Source of the DNA: a bacterium
Lineage (GTDB): Bacteria; Zhuqueibacterota; Zhuqueibacteria; Oceanimicrobiales; Oceanimicrobiaceae
Assembly: GCA_046757525.1 (NCBI GenBank)
Contig: JBHHYI010000119.1
Location: 1 to 12,887 of the forward strand
Direction of reading: 5' to 3'
DNA: 12,887 nucleotides
Shown: one piece after another, positions 6,734 through 12,887 of the stretch
Layout: every line of letters begins with the position of its first letter
Position numbering within the stretch: the first letter of the stretch is position 1
The notes under the pieces: model-generated
Database searches by the model: none
What the model was told of the DNA's origin: nothing
Seen by the model: only the letters and a program-made list of their open reading frames with translations
Made by a program: the position numbers and the translations under genes

Positions 6734-9700
6734 TTATCGAATTCTGGCTATTTTACCTACTTGTTCGACTACATCGCTATCGAATCTCGCCTGGAGTTTG
6801 TAGAAATAGAGCCCGTTGGCTACCTCGTCGCCAAAATCATCGGTAGCATCCCAGGTTATTTCGTGGTAGTCAGGACTCAAAGGATTTGGATCCTCCAAGA
6901 TGTTCGTGACATCGAACTTCCTGATCATCCTTCCTGAGGCGGTGTAGATTTTCAACTGCAAATCATCTGCACGCTGCGTCAATTCGTACGCGAAGACGGT
7001 CTTACGCTTAAATGGATTGGGATAAGTTCCTAAAACACGAACATCCGCTTTCTCCGCTATTTTTACCGATAGTTCCACCGGAATGGAAGCATTGCCGTTG
7101 GTGTCGAATATTCGATAAACCAATTCATGTTCACCGCTTGTCAGATTAGGACTGATCGTCATGGTGTAAACATTTGCATCTAACAGCGAATCCGGAAACA
7201 CGATCTGATCCTGAGGAAAAGGCTGGCCGTCGATTAGTATCTGGATTTTGTCTGAAGAAATATCGATTCCGTTCTCGTCTTGTGCTATCGCTGTAATTAC
7301 AGGATTCCTGGGCACAAAGCTATTTTGACCCAGGAATTGCCCCTCTACCTTGACTTCAACCTGGGGCGGTTTCGTGTCCCTTGCTCTTATAACCGCAAAC
7401 GATCCTAATTGAGTAATCAATGTACCCAATCGATTATTACTTTCAAGCTCGCTTTGTTGGCGAACCCACTTTTGCGTCGAGTCTTCCCAACGATATATGC
7501 CATATTCATTGACAAAGGCAGCAGAAGAATCAGATGGCTCAAAATTTAACGCCAACCAGCAAGGTTGTGCAAACTCAAAATCTCCCCGGCCATCATTGTT
7601 GCTCAATTCAAAGCTTCTGACACTGCCATTTGTGGGCACAAAAGAAAAGTCCGGCTGATGGCTCAGTTTAGGATTGTCGATTTCCCGGATGTTCAAGACG
7701 CTGTTGCTGGCAAGCGCATTGGGCGGCAAATAAAACGAAAGTGAGTTCTGAAAGTGGATGGTATCGTTGGCAGTTCCAAACAGCGTGCTCCCTAATGCGG
7801 CGTCGAGATTGAATTTGTCCACAACCACGGTAATGGAATCTTGTTTGTCGCTGAGATTAGAATCATCGAGTCTGCCTTCGGGATCGATTTTGACCAGAAA
7901 AGAGGCCCTCCCTGCGCCAGGGTGAACAGGGATGTGAGCCGAGGCTGTGTCCGCGGGATTGACGGAAACAGAGTCCATTCCGATGAGCGTCCAGGTTGAA
8001 TCGCTTTGCAACTTTTGGAAGAATGCGATTTCTGCATTTTGCGTCTGCGCATCTCCATTGTTTTCAACAGTTGCCTGCAATGTTACAAATTCTGTGCCAC
8101 CCAACTTAATGGAGCCGCCCAGGACTCTCAAATCAACGCCTTTGGCGATTTGGGTTACTTTTACCGTACTGGTGTAAAACTCTCCGGACTCTTTCCTGGC
8201 GCGAATGAAAAAAACAATCTTATCCCCTGCGCCAGCTAATGGAGCAATCGGTTCCAGAGTCTGCCACAATCCAATTGGATCCACCATGGCCATGGCTAAG
8301 CTGTCCTCACGCGCGGGTTTCAGAAAATGCAGATAGACTGCTTCTATGGATTCCTGGCTGTGAATATTCACGGAAAACCGCAAGCTGTCTTTTGCCGAAG
8401 GAGCTTCCGGAATGGTGGTCAGGTTCTCGGTGGCTAAGCCGGTGAGGGTCAGTCTGATCGAGCCGTTCGCTTCCTCTTTGCTGACATCGTTGTAAACGTA
8501 TGCGCGAATGAACACCTGCTCAGCCTGCAAATTGTCCGGCAGTTTGACCTTGACTTCAAACTGACCATTTTGCACCTGAGTTTCGGTGTTCGATATGATG
8601 TCTCGAGACCCGGTTAACAGCGCAACTTCAGCAATGCCCGTGGCAAGAGGCCCGGTGCCATTTACCAGCAACGAGTCACCCGCACTTGGAACTTTGGTCT
8701 TGGCCTCCAGCTTGAACTTCTTGCGCGGCAAGCCTGCCACCAGTGCTGGATCGCCAAGAATGTTATACTGGTTGATCATCGATCTCACGATCTGACCAAA
8801 AACGGTGTTGAAGAATTTGGCAAAATAGTCAATGTTTGTTCGAACGATATATTCTCCCAGCGTTTGCGGAGTTTCAGAGCTTAAGAAATTTCGCAAGAAT
8901 TCTCGGACGATAAAAAAATCGTTGAAAGACCAACCCAATCCGGAAGAAGCCCAGAGGGCAACACTGCCCTTCTCAGGCGTTCCAAGAAGCACTTCAGAAA
9001 GACTGCTTCGCGAGGGTTCGTCAAACGCGCCCGCGAAACAGGTCATGCTGGTAATGATGGGGTATCGGCCTCTGTTATTCAGGCGAGAAACATCTTCCAA
9101 TCGAAACAGCAAATTGTCGGACCAGATGGCACCACTGCCGTGACCCATGTAATTGATCAGGCTAACCCCCTGGTCAAACGTGTTGATTAAAGTGGAGGTG
9201 CCGCCGAAGTAACGGTCCACCGGAACACTGGTGTCGCGCAGCGTGTAGAGTCTGTTGGGATCATAATCAGCCGGCAAACTGCCACGAATCAGCGCCTCCG
9301 ATTGTTCGCGAAAATCCGTCCGGTTGCCGCCGATGAAGAGAAAGGAATTGCGCCACTGCCCCAGACTACTTTGCAGCTCGTACTGTATGGTCTTCTGAAC
9401 GACGGCATTAAGTTGATCTTCGGTTCTGACCGGAAACCGTCCCACAATCACGTCGGAAATCTCGTCGTCTCCTGAAAGCAACGAAAACCAATGATCGCTG
9501 GCCGTAGCCCCGAACTCATTGGCTTGAAATAAATACAGAGGCAAGAGATTTCCACCGTTTTTCAAGATGTCCTTGTTATCTGTGGAGCCGTCCCCGGCAA
9601 ACAGCACGTACAAAGGCGCAGGCGCTTGCCAGCTCTTAAGGGTGTACTTCAGGAATTTCTTAATGGCCATGGGGCTGCGAATGCCGTCATTGAATTCATC

Positions 9701-11653
9701 ATAAATATCTTGATCCCAAATCAATTTTGTGCGCAACCCTTGCGACTCCCTTAGATTCATGAGTTCTTGCAACGCAGTGCTTTGCAAGAACACTTCAGGG
9801 GCGATGACGAGGTAGTCGGCGCTGTTTGAAGGCGATCGCAGGTTGGAGGGCGTGTCCACAACCAGCGCCTGGGGCTTCAATTTTTGACTTTGCGTGACAG
9901 CAAAATATTGCGTGTCCTCCGTGAACACATCGTCCTGGAAGTGAATCTGATAGGATTGCTGACCCTCAAAATCGGTAACCAACCTAACTTCACCACCGAT
10001 GATCTTACTGCTGCCGATCTTGTAAACCTCGATCCCTGGTTCGGAAAATCCGTCGATTTTGAAATCGTACAAACCCAGACCGCGACTCCTTTGAATGCCA
10101 AACATGATCTGATCTTCGTCGGCTTTGTAGAGCCTTTGATAGGTCACTTCAAACCAATTGAGCAGAACGTTATCAAACTTGGACGAAGCTACGTTGTTTA
10201 TGATCGTCAACTGATTATTTCCATGCTCCAAAACTCCCGGAGTCACGCCTTGTCCAGGCTGCGTTTCCATGGCAAATTTTTCCTGTCCATTCCAGGTGCC
10301 ATCGAATACCTTCCTGGAATTCAAAAACACGGTGACGTCATGGTCGAACACATTTGTGAAGGTCAAGCCGTGCATCATCACTTTTATCCGGGCCCGCAAG
10401 TCCGCCTGGATATCGGGATGCGGCAAGAAGATCGCGTAGTCTCGCTTTTCACCGGCATCGATGCCGTTGTCGTAAAACCAATGATCCCGCATCAAGTCAG
10501 GCGGCACCCGACTTAGCCGATCAAAATGTCTGTCCACCTCCTCGTGAACCGTGAATTCATACGAGAAAGGGGAAATGAGCTTACTCGGGTCTGTTTCCGC
10601 CACCGAACCGTCTTCCTCGATCATTCTGACGCCCGCCCCTTGGTCCCAGGACAACCAATAGACATTCTCATCTTGAAATGGGTCCAGGTACATGTCATCG
10701 GCCACATTCAGGAAGGTTTTCTTGTTGAATTCGCCCCAAAATTCGATAACATCCCCGGGATCAAAACTTCCGTCTTCACTGCCTTGCACGCGAATGGGAA
10801 TCTGCTTGCCTCTGTTGTAGATCTTTAGATTATTAGGCTTGACCGTTGACAAATCCACATCCAGGGTATCGAGGTCTTCAAACCCAATCTGATAAAGGCC
10901 GTCCTTTGCAACGAATATCTTGATCTGTGGCGTATCTGAATTCTGGCCTGGCTGGTTAGAGATCAACATTTGCGATTGTTTGCGAACCCATTTGGGAGGT
11001 TCCCTGATCAAATCCGGATAGGTCAAACGGCTCAAAAACTGTTTTTCTTTGAGAGAAATGTTTCTTGTTGATACATTTTCTGATGACGGCTTATAATTAA
11101 TGGCAAGCACGATTTTTTTGTAAAAGACTACCGTTTCGGAAACAGGATTGTAACGACAAGGAAAAACATTGAGCGTATAAATCGTGTGATCTCTAAATTT
11201 ACCGATCTTTGCCAAAGTAAATAGTTGCTTTGGAGTCAACTGATTCCCGCGGTAGTATTCGTCATCGACTTGCAAAACAGTGCTGTCTGGGCCATTCTCT
11301 GTTCTAAAATCGAGGTTTTGGAATGGAGCTAACTTACCGACTTTAAGCTCCTTTGTTACAACCTCAACCACCTGCACAGCGATGGTTTCGTCCATTACTG
11401 GTAACACGATGCTTTTGAAGGGAAGCTCTGCCTGGCCGGGAAGGGTAGTCGTGGGAAGGTCTTCAAGCTGTAATCGATTGTAGGTAACCCCTTTTATTTG
11501 AACTGGCGTTATTTGCGGAATTGAAAGATCTAACTCTACGGTTGTTTGATTGGCATCCTTCTTGGTAATTTTCAGATTGTCTTTTGCAACCGCGAAGCTC
11601 CATGTTGGTATCGACAGCGGAATCACGAGCAATAAGAAAGAACGAACTCTCAT
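6734..11653 (-). CDS. Large secreted C25 family cysteine peptidase (PorU/gingipain-like) with T9SS type A/FlgD-Ig C-terminal domain
   Basis: 1639 aa; signal peptide; C25 propeptide-like region (PGQAELP, FPCRYNP); PorU-like IKIFVAKDGLYQI and DENVYWL; C25 core ADYLVIAP, DIYDEFNDG, YVLFAGD, SDHWF, VGRFPV, YMGHGS (His838), SMTCFAG (Cys872), YNILGDP; CARDB-like segment; DENGID; tail YPNPF...LKIYTASGRMI...ITWDATDDFGDEVANGLYFYKL...GKIARIR. AAGGAA upstream. Confidence 0.9.
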   Translation of the reverse strand: MRVRSFLLLVIPLSIPTWSFAVAKDNLKITKKDANQTTVELDLSIPQITPVQIKGVTYNRLQLEDLPTTTLPGQAELPFKSIVLPVMDETIAVQVVEVVTKELKVGKLAPFQNLDFRTENGPDSTVLQVDDEYYRGNQLTPKQLFTLAKIGKFRDHTIYTLNVFPCRYNPVSETVVFYKKIVLAINYKPSSENVSTRNISLKEKQFLSRLTYPDLIREPPKWVRKQSQMLISNQPGQNSDTPQIKIFVAKDGLYQIGFEDLDTLDVDLSTVKPNNLKIYNRGKQIPIRVQGSEDGSFDPGDVIEFWGEFNKKTFLNVADDMYLDPFQDENVYWLSWDQGAGVRMIEEDGSVAETDPSKLISPFSYEFTVHEEVDRHFDRLSRVPPDLMRDHWFYDNGIDAGEKRDYAIFLPHPDIQADLRARIKVMMHGLTFTNVFDHDVTVFLNSRKVFDGTWNGQEKFAMETQPGQGVTPGVLEHGNNQLTIINNVASSKFDNVLLNWFEVTYQRLYKADEDQIMFGIQRSRGLGLYDFKIDGFSEPGIEVYKIGSSKIIGGEVRLVTDFEGQQSYQIHFQDDVFTEDTQYFAVTQSQKLKPQALVVDTPSNLRSPSNSADYLVIAPEVFLQSTALQELMNLRESQGLRTKLIWDQDIYDEFNDGIRSPMAIKKFLKYTLKSWQAPAPLYVLFAGDGSTDNKDILKNGGNLLPLYLFQANEFGATASDHWFSLLSGDDEISDVIVGRFPVRTEDQLNAVVQKTIQYELQSSLGQWRNSFLFIGGNRTDFREQSEALIRGSLPADYDPNRLYTLRDTSVPVDRYFGGTSTLINTFDQGVSLINYMGHGSGAIWSDNLLFRLEDVSRLNNRGRYPIITSMTCFAGAFDEPSRSSLSEVLLGTPEKGSVALWASSGLGWSFNDFFIVREFLRNFLSSETPQTLGEYIVRTNIDYFAKFFNTVFGQIVRSMINQYNILGDPALVAGLPRKKFKLEAKTKVPSAGDSLLVNGTGPLATGIAEVALLTGSRDIISNTETQVQNGQFEVKVKLPDNLQAEQVFIRAYVYNDVSKEEANGSIRLTLTGLATENLTTIPEAPSAKDSLRFSVNIHSQESIEAVYLHFLKPAREDSLAMAMVDPIGLWQTLEPIAPLAGAGDKIVFFIRARKESGEFYTSTVKVTQIAKGVDLRVLGGSIKLGGTEFVTLQATVENNGDAQTQNAEIAFFQKLQSDSTWTLIGMDSVSVNPADTASAHIPVHPGAGRASFLVKIDPEGRLDDSNLSDKQDSITVVVDKFNLDAALGSTLFGTANDTIHFQNSLSFYLPPNALASNSVLNIREIDNPKLSHQPDFSFVPTNGSVRSFELSNNDGRGDFEFAQPCWLALNFEPSDSSAAFVNEYGIYRWEDSTQKWVRQQSELESNNRLGTLITQLGSFAVIRARDTKPPQVEVKVEGQFLGQNSFVPRNPVITAIAQDENGIDISSDKIQILIDGQPFPQDQIVFPDSLLDANVYTMTISPNLTSGEHELVYRIFDTNGNASIPVELSVKIAEKADVRVLGTYPNPFKRKTVFAYELTQRADDLQLKIYTASGRMIRKFDVTNILEDPNPLSPDYHEITWDATDDFGDEVANGLYFYKLQARFDSDVVEQVGKIARIR

Positions 11654-11986
11654 CTATTTCCTTGTGGTGATATTTGGGGTCAGATGGGTTACTTAAAATG
11701 GCCTCGTTAGTCGGAATAACAATTTACTGTGTGAAAGCTACTAAGTTCCAAGTGTGACAGTATTGACATATTCATGCAATTAGGAGCTGGCATAGCAAAT
11801 TAAGGACAAGCGGCTTCACCTGGCAGTCAGGTTGAGCGGTTCGTTGCCAGGTGTCAATAATCACCAGCAACGCCGCGCGAATCGCATAAAACTCAGGGAT
11901 ATGTTGCAAATTCTGGGCCGCCAGAAGTGAGTACTTCAAGGCGTCGCAAACAATGTGGCGTGCTTGAAGGAAACCTTATATGCAAT

Positions 11987-12017
11987 AAAAAAGGCCCCAT
12001 CTGTAGCGACAGGGCCT
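11987..12017 (-). terminator. Intrinsic terminator after the YXWGXW gene
   Basis: Minus strand AGGCCCTGTC-GCTACA-GATGGGGCCT (10-bp stem with two G:U pairs) running into a T-tract, about 30 nt after the stop at 12049. Confidence 0.8.
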
Positions 12018-12048
12018 TTGAGCTGCGGCGCCTCAAAAATTTCAGCGA

Positions 12049-12366
12049 CTATCTCCTGGCCCAATGGCCGGGAACGTAATAATAACCACGCGGCGTTTTC
12101 TTCCAATGACCTCGCACGTAGACATGACCCGGGCGGGCTTTCACGTAGTAGCCATTCACCCAAACGTAGCGCCCCTTCCTGAACGCCCAGTGTCCGGAGA
12201 CCCAAACAGCGCCCCGATAAGGTCTCGGCGGCTTAATGACCCGCACAGCCTTCAGCGGCGGCGGGCCAAATCGAATGTAAACGCGCGTCTTGGCTGTACT
12301 CAAAGAGGGAATCAAAAACAAAGCAGATAAGGCACCCAGGACGATGAGATTTCTAAGCTTGCTCAT
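12049..12366 (-). CDS. Small secreted YXWGXW/WXXGXW repeat protein
   Basis: 105 aa from ATG 12366 with AAGGAGA upstream (12379-12373). Signal peptide ending STA/K, Pro-rich GPPP...PPRP segment, then four repeats VWVSGHW, VWVNGYY, VYVRGHW, YYVPGHW. Confidence 0.88.
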   Translation of the reverse strand: MSKLRNLIVLGALSALFLIPSLSTAKTRVYIRFGPPPLKAVRVIKPPRPYRGAVWVSGHWAFRKGRYVWVNGYYVKARPGHVYVRGHWKKTPRGYYYVPGHWARR

Positions 12367-12427
12367 GATCTTTCTCCTTCTCGTTGATTGCTGTTGTTTA
12401 GTTTCAATGGATTCTGCCCTGTCGCAA

Positions 12428-12443
12428 TGCAACCGTTGTGCCA
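12428..12443 (-). promoter_or_regulatory. Sigma-54 (RpoN) -24/-12 promoter of the YXWGXW gene
   Basis: Minus strand TGGCAC-AACGG-TTGCA matches TGGCAC-N5-TTGCW with the GG-N10-GC spacing, correctly oriented about 60 nt upstream of the ATG. Confidence 0.82.
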
Positions 12444-12586
12444 CTTTCGCTTGAATGCATCTATATTATTATTTTTACAGCACTAAATGGAATCAGCCAA
12501 GATTTTCCTTGACCCACTTTTCGTACCAATTAGTACACTTTGACCCAAGGGGGCCATAAAATCCCCAAGGAAACGCTGGCGTGTAC

Positions 12587-12609
12587 GTAACGCAATCGTC
12601 TCGATTGCG
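12587..12609 (+). repeat. REP-like palindromic repeat, copy 3
   Basis: GTAA-CGCAATCG-TCT-CGATTGCG; with its upstream flank (12569-12609) it matches 2503-2543 at 37/41 positions. Confidence 0.8.
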
Positions 12610-12642
12610 TCAGGCAGATGCCCGATTTTTTACACAGCCAAT

Positions 12643-12883
12643 TCTCCCTTTGTAAGGGAGACAGATCTTCGCTCGTCCAGAGCGAAAATCAGAGGGATGT
12701 CTGCCCGGCAGCATCTTTGGCTTGGGATTTCAGGACCCCTCCTAAAATCTCCCCCGATTTTCTCGCTGGTCGCTTCAAAAACCGTCACCCATTTCTCCCC
12801 CTCGTTCCAAAATTTTATTTTGGAACGAGGGGGAGAAGCTTCGCTTCGAGAGGCATCCCGGACTCCTCGAAGCAGAGCTTCTC
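12643..12883. repeat. Cluster of intergenic inverted repeats
   Basis: 8-bp stem 12643-12661; 7-bp stem 12668-12686; perfect 21-bp stem 12793-12837 with TTT loop; 16/18 inverted repeat 12833-12850 / 12866-12883. No ORF of 60 aa or more is listed here. Confidence 0.8.
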
Positions 12884-12887
12884 GAGC

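Noticed and set aside
9884..10516. 210-aa antisense ORF and other short ORFs within the C25 gene
   Set aside because: Explained as shadows of the long coding frame; no motifs.
10980..11653. Lower GC in the propeptide-coding part of the C25 gene, suggesting mosaic origin
   Set aside because: Based only on spot counts of a few lines; amino-acid composition could explain it, and a sliding-window GC3 analysis is needed.
11936..12330. Three short ORFs overlapping the YXWGXW gene or its terminator
   Set aside because: They overlap a better-supported gene and have no recognisable features.
12367..12444. 26-aa N-terminal extension of the YXWGXW ORF
   Set aside because: Its start lies within the sigma-54 box; ATG 12366 has a strong ribosome-binding site and begins the signal peptide.
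2521..12609. CRISPR interpretation of the palindromic repeats
   Set aside because: Copies are kilobases apart, with no regular spacers and no cas genes.

Overview
Bacterial chromosomal window with eight supportable CDSs. Left: a + strand, translationally coupled murB-murA pair; MurA has Asp in place of the catalytic-loop Cys (fosfomycin-insensitive type) and an extra ~20-aa loop. The rest is on the - strand: a small, very cationic secreted YXWGXW-repeat protein behind a consensus sigma-54 promoter; a tight three-gene unit of a 1639-aa PorU/gingipain-like C25 peptidase with a T9SS/FlgD-type C-terminal domain, a PorV/PorQ-family barrel and an FN3-like lipoprotein; a short-form glucose-1-phosphate thymidylyltransferase; and an uncharacterised probable outer-membrane barrel ending in a charged coiled coil. 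The gene style suggests a non-Bacteroidota lineage with T9SS-like genes such as KSB1 or Calditrichota (inference only). Intergenic DNA holds two intrinsic terminators, three copies of a REP-like GTAA+hairpin repeat with a compensatory base-pair change, and a dense palindrome cluster at the right edge. The best candidate for an undescribed system is the T9SS-like cell-surface attachment module. No rRNA, tRNA, CRISPR array or transposase was seen. All family calls are by motif recognition; no searches were run.
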